DNA from: a virus
Virus record (IMG/VR): IMGVR_UViG_3300029305_003442
Strand: one strand, 5' to 3'
DNA length: 64,000 nt
This document shows positions 26,211 to 35,734 of the stretch, piece after piece. The position numbers and the translations under genes were made by a program. Numbering within the stretch: the stretch's first letter is position 1; each line of letters starts with the position of its first letter. A model generated the notes under the pieces. That model searched no databases and was not told where the DNA came from. It saw only the letters and a program-made list of their open reading frames with translations.

Positions 26211-27599
26211 ATGGCAAAGTGTTTAAATTTTTAGGAAGAAAAAGATGTTATTTTATGGTCATTAATTAATGATACATTTGGAAGACTTTTTTCTAAAGAA
26301 AAAAAAGAAGATATTGAACATGATATGGGGTTAGAAATTTATATAACCCCTGAATGTAATTAGAATTGTTCTTATTGTTATTTATGTAAAAATGGTGATG
26401 AACTTTATCCTAAAGAATTAAGAAATCCTACAATAATTTTAAATAATTTAAAAATTATGTTAGATTATTGTATTGATAATAATTGGAATCCTGGAAGATT
26501 TGATTTTTTTTCTGGAGAAATTTGGGATACTGATTTAGGTTATAATGTTTTAAGCATTACAGAAGAAGCAATAGAAAGAGGTTTTCACCCTAGACTAATT
26601 GTAATTCCATCAAATTTTAGTTTTATTTTAAATGAAGAAGCTAAAAATAGAGTTGAAAAATTTATGGAAAAATGTAGACAATTTAATATAAAGCCATGTT
26701 GGTCTTGTTCTAATGATGGTTTATTGTTAGATTTAGAGACAAGACCATTTAATTCAGATGAATTAAATGCAAAAAAAGATACTGAAGATTATTATAAAAA
26801 ATTATTTGAATTTTGTAAAAAATGGAATTTAGGTTTTCATCCAATGGTGGCAGCACACGGAATTGAAAAATGGTCAGAAAATTTTTTATGGTGGATGTCA
26901 GAATTAAAGAAATATAAATTTGAAAGAAATTCTTCAATAATGTTTTTAGAAGTTAGAAACGATGATTGGACAGATGATAAAATTTATCATTATTTAAAAT
27001 ATTTAAATACTAGTATTAATTATTTAAATGATGAATGTATTAATTTAAATACATTGTCTTTTGAAGATTATGTTAGAAAAACTAATAAAAATATTAAATA
27101 CAATTATACACCTGTTATTTTAGAAAAATCAAGTTTATAGCCTGGATGCACTATTCATAGATCTTTAGTTATTCGTTTAGGTGATTTAGCAATAGTTCCT
27201 TGTCATAGAACTTCTTATGAAGAATTTATTATAGGACATTTTAAAGTAGAGAATAATAAAATTATAGGAGTTACAGCTAAAAATATTCAAATAATGAATT
27301 AGGTATGGCTAAATAATATGAGTGGTAATGCTAAATGCACTAATTGTCCTTATAGCAATTACTGTATGAAAGGATGTTATGGTTCTTAGTTTGAATCTAC
27401 TGGAGAATTATTATATCCAATAGAATCAGTATGCAATTTATATAAAGCAAGAGCAATATTTATTTTTTATAAATATTTAAAAATGGGTATTTATAGAGAA
27501 GATAATCCCGAGGATAAAAAATATTTTGATTTTATTCAATCAATTAAAGATACGAAGGAGTTTAAAAAATGGTACAAAATTGTTTAGGAATTGATTTAA
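26211..27599 (+). CDS. Radical SAM / SPASM-domain enzyme #2 (462 aa, 4-5 in-frame TAG)
   Basis: ATG immediately after upstream TAA (translational coupling); ITPECN(Q)NCSYCY CxxxCxxC; C-terminal CTIHRSLVIRLGDLAIVPCH...AKCTNCPYSNYCMKGCYG SPASM-like Cys motifs; frame 3 with track ORF 26457-27140; TAA 27597-27599 if TAG 27585 is read through. Confidence 0.7.
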
Positions 27600-28168
27600 T
27601 TAATATTTATGAAAATCTTATCATAAATGGATTAAATGTAGAATTAGCAAAAGATATTGAAAAATATTTGATTTATTTTTTAGACAATAACACTAATGAA
27701 AATTAGTTATTATTATATAATTTATTAAATATTTTAAAACGTCAATAGAATACATCAATTCTTCTAAATTTTTTAATTCAAGAAGTTGAATTAAAGTTAT
27801 TAAGATTAAGTTTTTCTAATAATGATATAAAAAATAATAAAGATTGTTATAATATTTCATCTTGTCAAAAAAATGAATCTAAAGAAGAATTAAAGAAAAT
27901 TTTAAAAGTAACTAATAAAGATTTATTCCCTCCAAAAGGGACTACAACTCGTATTATTAATAAAAGAAAAGAAGAAAATGAAGAACATGAATATGTTTTA
28001 GAGATAGATGATCAAGGTAATGTTTTAGAAATTTTAGAACATTATATAACAAAAAATGATGCAGATTCTATTGATATATTAAATGATTCTCCTTTAAGCA
28101 AACTTAAAGAAAAATATCTTAAAGAAGATAAAGAAAATAATTCTTTAACAGAAAATGATTTAGAATAA
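27569..28168 (+). CDS. Hypothetical helical protein (199 aa, 2 TAG) within rSAM cassette
   Basis: AAGGAG SD 27555-27560; ATG 27569; frame 2 to TAA 28166-28168. Confidence 0.45.
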
Positions 28169-28193
28169 TATTAATAATTTAAATATTTCTAAA

Positions 28194-29270
28194 ATGGGAT
28201 TAGGAATTATGCGTCATAATTCTAATCAACAATATACAAAACAACTAATAGAATATGCTTTAAATAATAAAATTAATTATTTTGAAGCTTGTGATTTCTA
28301 TTTACAAAACGCTTGTGAAATACGTCTTGGGGATGCTTTAAAATAGCATCCTCGGACTTCATATAAATTATGTGATAAACTTCCATTATCTACAATTCCT
28401 TATTTTATTCAAAAAAATAAAAATTGGAATTTAAATGATTATTTTAATAATCAATTAGCAAAATGTAGAACTGATTATTTTGATGTTTATTTGATTTAGG
28501 CTTTAGATGAACGTAATTTTAATTACTTGGAAAAATATCAAATTATTGATTTCTTTTTAAAACAAAAAGAACAAGGAAAAATTAAATTATTGGGTTTTTC
28601 TTTTCATGGAAAAGTTGATATTTTAAAAAAATTATTAGAAATGAAATGTTGGGATATCGTTTAGTTTCAATTAAATTATTATGATTGGATTTTAGGTGAG
28701 GCGAAAGAATTATATTTTTTAACAAAAGAATATGATTTACCTATTATTACAATGGGACCAACTAAAGGCGGATTATTAATAAATAATTTACCTAAAAAAT
28801 CATTAGATAGATTAAAAGAAAACAATATTAATCCAGTCTATTTATGTTATTCTTTTTTAGAAACTTTAGACAACGTTAAAATTATTTTATCAGGAGCAGA
28901 AACTTATGAAATGATTAAAGATAATTTAAATTATTTTGAAAATGAATCTCATAAATTAACTCCAGAAGAGTGGTAGCATATTAAACAAAATATTCAAGAT
29001 TATCAAGAATAGAGTTTAATTCAATGTACGGGATGTCGTTATTGTGTTCAAAGATGTCCTGCTAATTTACCAATAGATAAAATTTTTAAAGAATATAATA
29101 ATTTTATTCAATCTAAAGATTTATAGTCAAGAGAATTTTTATATTAGAATATTCATAGTTCTAACTCTACACAGAATTGTAAAAATTGTGGTCAATGTGT
29201 AAAAATTTGTCCGCAACATTTAAATATTCCAGAAATTTTTCATAAACAAATTTTCCCAGTAAGGAGATGA
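28194..29270 (+). CDS. Aldo/keto-reductase-family oxidoreductase fused to C-terminal 2x[4Fe-4S] ferredoxin domain (358 aa, 8 TAG)
   Basis: ATG 28194 in frame 3 with track ORF 28752-28976; C-terminal CTGCRYCVQRCP and CKNCGQCVKICP ferredoxin motifs; TGA 29268-29270. Confidence 0.6.
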
Positions 29271-29274
29271 AAAA

Positions 29275-29685
29275 ATGGTAGTATCTGAATTAGTAGCTAC
29301 AATTTTTCAAGTTTGTATAATTCCATTATTGGGTGTATTAACTACTTTTTTTGTAAAATGGGTTAATTCCAAAAGCGCAGAAATCTCAAATAAAATTGAT
29401 GATGAAACATTAAATAAATATTTAAATATGCTTACTGAAACAATTAATACTTGCGTTTTAGCAACCAATTAGACATATGTTGAAAGTTTAAAACAACAAG
29501 GAAAGTTTGATGCGGAAGCGCAGAAAGAAGCATTTAATTTAACTTGTTCAGCAGTAATGGATATTTTAAGTGAGGACGCAAAAGAATATTTAACTTCTGC
29601 TATTGGAGATTTACAAATTTATATTACAAAGAAAATTGAAGCTGAAGTACATACAAATAAAGTTACACCTTGTGTAAATCAATAA
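29275..29685 (+). CDS. Putative holin (136 aa; N-terminal TM helix then amphipathic region), LL-H/phiLC3-holin-like
   Basis: AAGGAG SD; MVVSELVATIFQVCIIPLLGVLTTFFVKW TM segment; one in-frame TAG 29470-29472; TAA 29683-29685; last gene before terminator. Confidence 0.5.
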
Positions 29686-29695
29686 AATAAATATA

Positions 29696-29735
29696 GGGGA
29701 ACCTTTAGTATAATCTAAAGGTTCCCCTTATTTTT
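29696..29735. terminator. Bidirectional rho-independent terminator between convergent holin (+) and LytTR regulator (-) genes
   Basis: GGGGAACCTTT-agtataatct-AAAGGTTCCCC with T-runs on both sides (TTATTTTT on +; TATATTTATTTT on -). Confidence 0.6.
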
Positions 29736-29742
29736 GTTTATA

Positions 29743-30447
29743 TTAAATTCTATTATAAGTAAGCCAACGTTCACGAATTAAATCATGAGATTTTTTGGGA
29801 AAATATAATACTTCATCATTTTCAAAAGTTAAATGGTCAGTATCAATAATCTTAATTTCACTTAAATTAATCAATAAACTTGGTGCTAAAAATAAAAATT
29901 GCGGATGTTGGTTCAATGGAGTTATTGCTTTTTCAAAAGATGAGCGCAATGACTAACCATCAAACATTGTTCCATTTTTTAAATGATAACATAAACAACG
30001 TTTTACAATGTTAATATAATTAACTTGACTTGAGCGTATTCTTCTTTCACCTTCCGCAGTTTTAATTACCAAACTATCTTCTCTTATCTCTTTTTTAATT
30101 ATATTAAATAATTCAAACAATTCTTCTTTTTCTATTGGTTTTAAAAAATAATGATCTGCATGCACTTTATAAGCAGGATAAGCGAGAGAAGGATCTTCTC
30201 CAATAAAAATAAAATAACTATTTGGGTCTATTTTATCCATGCGATGACTTAACTCATATAGATTTTCTGATGAATCAGTGTCCATAATATAAACATCAAA
30301 ACTTGCAGGAACAACAAGTAAATCTTCTGATTTATCAAAAATTGATACTTTTGCCACAGACTTAGATTCTATTAAATATTCTTGAATCATCTCACGCAAT
30401 TCATTTAAATATGTTTTGTTGTCATCATAAATAGCAATAGAGAGCAT
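29743..30447 (-). CDS. LytTR-family two-component response regulator (REC + LytTR DNA-binding domain; AgrA/ComE-like), orphan; one in-frame TAG at 29953-29955
   Basis: Track ORFs 29953-30447 and 29743-29949 are the same frame separated by TAG+1 codon; REC features (IAIYDDN, VYIMDTD, YFLKP) and LytTR pattern (IKTAEGERRIRSSQVNYINIVKRCLCYHLKNGT...FLFLAPSLLINLSEI); AAGGAGG SD. Confidence 0.7.
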
Positions 30448-30482
30448 ATTTAAACTCCTCCTTTAAAATTTTTTACAATATT

Positions 30483-30511
30483 ATTATAACATAAATTTGT
30501 GAGAAAATCAA
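30483..30511 (-). promoter_or_regulatory. Consensus sigma-A promoter for LytTR regulator gene (member of repeated promoter family)
   Basis: Minus strand TTGATT-17-TATAAT (fwd aatcaa 30506-30511 ... attata 30483-30488). Confidence 0.5.
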
Positions 30512-30759
30512 ATTTTTTTGTGTAAAAAGTGTAAAAAATTTTAATTTTTGAGTATTTGATTTTTAAATTTACTTTTTGACATTCGGATTTTAAAAATAAA
30601 ATTGTAATTTTGAAAAATTGAATAAAAATTGTAAGGATGAAAAATCAGACAAAAAATGTGTGAGTGTTTCTTGTTTAAAAATCTGAAACAATTTTTATAT
30701 AGTAATGGAAGGGTAAGAGAAAAATAAAAAAAATGAATAAATACCTTGGAGGTGAATAT

Positions 30760-31236
30760 ATGAATTATCAATATAATCAGTAGCAGGTGAGTCCACCGCA
30801 GAATTAGACGACTCAGCAGTATTCTTACCAACGACAAGTTCCTTATACTTCTGGAACTTGGAATGCGAGAGTCAGACCGGTTTCTTCAATTGAAGAAGTA
30901 AGAGCATCTTCAATTGATTTTGATGGCTCAATTTTTTATTTCCCAGATGTTGCTAATAAAAAAATCTATACTAAATTTATTAATTTAGATGGCTCTGTGG
31001 CAATTAATGTATATGAGTTAAAAGAAATGCCAACAGGTTAGGCAGCAGATTCATCTTACATTACAAGAGAAGAATTTGAAAACGTAATTATGTAGTTAAA
31101 AATGATGTATAATAATTCTTCTGCGCCTTCTACTCCAATAGAAGAATAGCAATAGGTATAGTAGTAGATGAATAGTAATTAGTTTGCGGCACCACCCGCA
31201 CAATAGCAACATAATGTTTCGCCATTACAATTTTAA
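30760..31236 (+). CDS. Gln-rich protein (158 aa, 11 TAG codons clustered in poly-Q tracts)
   Basis: GGAGGTG SD; ATG 30760; frame 1 verified to TAA 31234-31236; GAA-TAG-CAA-TAG-GTA-TAG-TAG-TAG-ATG and CAA-TAG-CAA runs. Confidence 0.55.
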
Positions 31237-31249
31237 GGAGGTATGAAGA

Positions 31250-31495
31250 ATGGCACAAGTTGATCCGAGACAATTAATAGCTATGATTAGAAATGGTCAA
31301 AATCCTCAACAACTTATGTTAAGTGTTTTAGAGACGATGCAAGATACTCCTTTTGGAGCCAATTTATTGAATCTCGCTCGCAATGGTTAGACTGCGGAGA
31401 TTGAAAAAATTGCTCGGAATATCACATCTCAAAGAGGTATGGATTATGATAAAGAGTTTAATGCCTTTAAACAATAGTTTTTTGGCTTTAAATAA
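31250..31495 (+). CDS. Small hypothetical protein (81 aa, 2 TAG)
   Basis: GGAGGT SD; ATG 31250; TAA 31493-31495. Confidence 0.45.
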
Positions 31496-31532
31496 ATAAA
31501 ATATTTTTTTTAATTAAAGGAGGGTTTCTTTT

Positions 31533-32327
31533 ATGTTTAATTCTAATGGTTACAGTTTGGCAGATATCGTTGCCGCAACAGGTGGCGGTAGAGAGAATTG
31601 CGGCGGCTTCGGCGGCTGGGGCGGAGATGGATGGTGGATTATCCTCTTATTCTTGCTCTGGGGTAACAACGGCTGGGGCGGCAATCAAGGTGGACGTGGA
31701 ACAGTTCGTGAAGAAATTGCTTATGGTTTTGATATGAACGGTTTAGAAAATAGCGTCCGTGGTGTTCAGCAAGGTATTTGTGATGGTTTCTATGCCATGA
31801 ATACTGGTATGTTAAATGGATTTAGTAACATTCAAAATACTCTATGTCAAGGTTTCTCTGGTATCAATCAAGGTACAGCTCAGTAGACATTTGATTTATC
31901 TACTCAGTTACATGGTATGGCAGCTGATAATGCGGCTTGTTGCTGCGAAACTCAGCGCGCTATTGAAAGAGGATTTGCTGAAACCAACTATAACATGGCA
32001 ACTCAAGCTTGCGATACTCGTAGAGCAATTGCTGATAGCACTCGTGATATTATTGACAGTAATAACGCAGGTGTTCGTTCTATTTTAGATTTCTTAACTC
32101 AGGATAAGATTGCTACTCTTACCGCAGAAAATCAGAGTCTAAAATTCGCAGCTTCTCAGGCAGCTCAGAACGCTTTCATTGCAGCTAATCAGGAAGCTCA
32201 AACCGCAGAACTTATTCGCAGACTTGATACCCCATGTCCTATTCCCGCTTATGTAGTTCCTAATCCTAATTGTTGCTATCCATCTTATGGATATGGGTAT
32301 GGCAACACTGGATGCTGCGGTGGTTAA
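31533..32327 (+). CDS. Gly/Trp-rich membrane protein with Cys-rich C-terminus (264 aa; GGFGGWGGDGWWIILLFLLWGNNGWGG ... CCYPSYGYGYGNTGCCGG); GC-rich codon usage
   Basis: AAAGGAGGG SD; track ORFs 31533-31886 and 31917-32327 same frame joined by one TAG. Confidence 0.55.
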
Positions 32328-32352
32328 TTAACAAAGGAGGTAAAAAATCTGT

Positions 32353-32772
32353 ATGGAAATTATTGCTAATGCTTTATAGACAGTTCCAGCAAATCAGACT
32401 GTTTATTTCACAGATACCGCCGTATGCGGTGGCCCATCTATGACTCATAGAGCTGGTAGTGGTTTAATTACTCTTAGAGGAATTACTAATCAATGTAGAG
32501 CAAGATTCCGCATCACTTTTGGAGCAAATATTGCTGTTCCAACAGGAGAAACAGTTGGACCAATTTCATTGGCTATTGCGATAGAGGGTGAACCTCTTCA
32601 AGCTACTATAATGATTGAAACACCAGCGGCTGTTGAAGAGTTCTCAAATGTTTCAAGAACTACCTTTATTGATGTTCCTCGTGGATGTTGTGTAAGTGTA
32701 AGTGTAAGAAATGTAAGTGATATTCCAGTAAATGTACAAAACGCAAACTTAATTGTTGAACGTGTTGCTTAA
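32353..32772 (+). CDS. C1q/TNF-like jelly-roll protein resembling BclA C-terminal / spore-appendage (DUF3992-like) domains (139 aa, 1 TAG)
   Basis: AAAGGAGG SD; ATG 32353 in frame with track ORF 32440-32772; alternating beta-strand pattern, CC pair near C-terminus (PRGCCVSVSVRNVS). Confidence 0.45.
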
Positions 32773-32790
32773 TGAAAGGAGGTCTTATAA

Positions 32791-33438
32791 ATGGAGAAAA
32801 GATTAGAACATATGAAAGAATCTTTAATGGCTTGCGTTGAAAGTCAATTAACTCATTTAGATACAGTTGATACTAAAGAATTAGGTGAAGCCATTGATAT
32901 GATTAAAGACCTTGAAGAAGCAATCTATTATTGTACTATTACAAAAGCAATGAAGGAACAGGATAAAGGAGAAAAAGAATCTCATAAATATTATCCAGTA
33001 ATGTATAATAGAGATATGGATAGAGATATGGGAAAAATGTATTATGAAAACCCAAATTATATGGGTGGTAATGATACAAAACGTCAATATTCATCTGGAA
33101 ATGGAGGAGGCAACTCCTCCTCCATGAGTAATTCTTCTGGAAGCGGAGGAGGTAATTCATCCTCTGGAAATACTGGTTCAAAACAATATAGTGAAACAGA
33201 ATATAATTTAATGCGCGACCAGCGTGAAGGACGTAGTCCTCAGTCGCGCCGCATGTATATGGAATCAAAAGAAATGCATTCAGATAAAGCAACTCAAATG
33301 CGTGAATTAGAAACTTATATGCAAGAGTTAACTCAAGATGTAGTTGAAATGGTTGAAGGTGCAACTGTTGAAGAAAAGCAGTATTTAAGTAAACGAGTAG
33401 CAGCTCTTGCAAACAAATTGGCTCAATTAAATGATTAA
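32791..33438 (+). CDS. Hypothetical protein (215 aa) with central Gly/Ser/Asn-rich linker; no TAG
   Basis: AAAGGAGG SD; track ORF. Confidence 0.5.
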   Translation: MEKRLEHMKESLMACVESQLTHLDTVDTKELGEAIDMIKDLEEAIYYCTITKAMKEQDKGEKESHKYYPVMYNRDMDRDMGKMYYENPNYMGGNDTKRQYSSGNGGGNSSSMSNSSGSGGGNSSSGNTGSKQYSETEYNLMRDQREGRSPQSRRMYMESKEMHSDKATQMRELETYMQELTQDVVEMVEGATVEEKQYLSKRVAALANKLAQLND

Positions 33439-33694
33439 CATTAATGGTGAACAATGGAGAGTGTTTTTAACCTCTCCATTTCACCCTGCTTTAAAACGCA
33501 GTGATGGTGCTTATACTCTAGGATGCTGTGATGATGTAACAAAAACAATTTATATAAGTAATGATGTAAGTGATAAATATTTAAAAAAAGTTTTATGCCA
33601 CGAACTCACTCACGCCGCAATGTTTAGCTACAACGTAGATTTGACTTATGAGCAAGAGGAAGTTCTCGCTGATATTATAGCAACATATGGATAG
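33431..33694 (+). CDS. Small HExxH metallopeptidase-like protein (87 aa; HELTHA), ImmA/IrrE- or SprT-like
   Basis: Track ORF; overlaps upstream stop; CHELTHAAMF motif. Confidence 0.45.
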   Translation: MININGEQWRVFLTSPFHPALKRSDGAYTLGCCDDVTKTIYISNDVSDKYLKKVLCHELTHAAMFSYNVDLTYEQEEVLADIIATYG

Positions 33695-33763
33695 GAAATT
33701 ATTCATATGGCAAATCTTCTCTTTAAGAGGTTAAAAGATGAAAGAGAAGAAGAAAGAAAAAAT

Positions 33764-33800
33764 GGGAGTATCTAATAATTTAGATACTCCCATTTTTTTT
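33764..33800 (+). terminator. Rho-independent terminator ending the + strand island
   Basis: GGGAGTATCTA-ataatt-TAGATACTCCC followed by TTTTTTTT. Confidence 0.6.
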
Positions 33801-33801
33801 G

Positions 33802-34239
33802 TTATATATTACAATCTCGTACTTCTAACTTCATCGCACTTTCATAATAATTTTTAGCTTGACCATTGCCGCCCAAAGAAGTATATAATTTATAAAATTC
33901 AGTTAATTGGTCATACTAGTCGGGAGTCATAAATCCTTGTCTAATAAATCCTTTGCATAATTGAACTAAACGGAAACGATAAGAAGAAATAATTAAATTC
34001 ATGTGATTCTTTTCTACTTGACCCACATTATAGATATAAGACCTTAATTCTTCAAGCTCCTATTGAATTGGTTCAATTTTACTGTCAATTGTTTCATTCA
34101 ATTTGTCAGTCTCTTGGTCTGCTAAAAGCTTTTTATAATTTTTCATTTGACTATGCATATATTTACAAAAAGCTAAAGCACCAGCAGAAATTAAACCAAA
34201 AATAATTTCAATGAAATGTTCAGTTAAAAAAGCTAACAT
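33802..34239 (-). CDS. Small membrane protein with N-terminal TM helix and coiled coil (145 aa, 2 TAG); BhlA/UviB/XhlA-like lysis-accessory candidate (low confidence)
   Basis: ATG 34239 (SD AAAGGGGA); frame verified to TAA 33802-33804; 438 nt = 146 codons. Confidence 0.4.
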
Positions 34240-34305
34240 TATAACAAATCCCCTTTCTTAAAATTTTTTCTCACACTATATCAATTTTAAGTAAGGGGAT
34301 TTTAT

Positions 34306-34797
34306 TTATTCAGACCAATCAAATGATTTTGCCTAAGAGTTTAGATACCAGTGACCAATACATATTGCGTCACTTTCATCTTCTGTAGCTTGTTTATTAT
34401 AAAGCGTTTTTATTAATAACTAAGCTTCTTTTTTCTACTCTGGACGAGTTCTACTTTTTATACCGATTTTACTTTTCCATACTGTAGCTAATACAGCTTC
34501 AACTGGTATATCTAATTCTACAATCAATTCATAAATAACACCAAATACTTCTGCTAATGTTTTAAAGGTTTGAACATTTCCTGTTACATTAGATTGAAGT
34601 TGTATATCTTCCATTATAACTTTATTAATAGAATAAGTATCAATTAATTGATGAACATTTTTTCTAATATTAAGCAATCTATCTCCTAAATCGGATTGAT
34701 TACAAGTAAAATGTCCATAATCAATTAATTGATTATCTTCAAATATAGCATATCCAGTTATTTTAGAAGACTAATCTAAAGATAAGATTCTGCTCAT
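34306..34797 (-). CDS. RuvC-like Holliday-junction resolvase (163 aa) with 4 in-frame TAG
   Basis: MSRILSLD(Q)SSKITGYAIFE N-terminus and DAICIGHWYL C-terminal motif; ATGA overlap with dut stop; track ORF 34435-34677 is its middle. Confidence 0.6.
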
Positions 34798-35489
34798 ACT
34801 GATTCAAAAACATCTGCTTTTAATCCAAGAGAATTAAAAACATCAAGTAATTTTTCATCAATTTTAATTTCGTTATTTAAATTAATTGATTGTAAAGAAG
34901 TAGAACCAAATCCGCCTGTTCGTAAGCCAATAGCTACATCATCTTCAATGGTATAATAAGGTTTAATAATTCCTTGACCAATAATATCTCCTCGTTTTAA
35001 TTGAATATCAAATGGAGATAAATTAATTAATTGAAAGAAAATTTCACCTTCATTATCAGGATTATTATAATAATCAGCGTCAATAATACCAACTCCATTA
35101 GCAAGAATAAGCCAATATTTTAAAGGAGTAGAAGACCGCACGCTTAATTCAAGATAAGTATTTGGAAGTAATTCACATTTCATTCCAGTAGAAACTAAAG
35201 AAGGTTTAATTTTTGATGCTTTAGTAACAGCGGCAACATCTTCAAGAGTATAAGGTTTACTCATCTTTTGCGCAAGCTCATATTCAGCCTTCTTCTTTTC
35301 TTCTGAGTCAATTACATTCTAATGTAATTGGAATAGTTCATATCTACCAAGCCAATTCAATTCTTCAGAACAAGATGGAATTATAATATCTTCAGCTACA
35401 ACAAAATCATATCCAGCGCTCTGTTCTGTTTTTCTAATTGGTAAAGGTAAATCAATATCATTAAATCTACTTACTTTTTCAAATTTCAT
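34794..35489 (-). CDS. dut: dUTPase with extended N-terminal region (231 codons, 1 in-frame TAG at 35319-35321)
   Basis: Motif 1 SAGYDF in upstream segment (ATG 35489), then GIIDADYYNNPDNEGEI, GDIIGQGII, RTGGFGSTS in track ORF 34794-35264; both segments same frame. Confidence 0.7.
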
Positions 35490-35734
35490 TATTCTACCTC
35501 ATAATTAATATTAACAAAACTTATCGGGTCTTTTTCATCATTGAAATGTTTGTTTAAAGTAACTTTATACCAACTATCAATAACTGCACCTTTAGATTTT
35601 CTTTCTTTAAATTCACTAGAATATTTTGCTAATGAAAATTCAGTAGCATTCTTAGCTTCATCAATAATTTCTTTTACTTCATTTTCATTATCTACTCTAT
35701 ATACTTCAATTGTACTTACAAGATATTTTGACAT
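35489..35734 (-). CDS. Hypothetical protein (81 aa)
   Basis: Track ORF; TAATG overlap with dut start. Confidence 0.45.
   Translation of the reverse strand: MSKYLVSTIEVYRVDNENEVKEIIDEAKNATEFSLAKYSSEFKERKSKGAVIDSWYKVTLNKHFNDEKDPISFVNINYEVE

Noticed and set aside
33803-34239. Calling the TM + coiled-coil ORF a holin
   Set aside because: Only one TM segment and no dual-start motif; it lies in the early strand far from the holin at 29275. Kept as hypothetical membrane protein.
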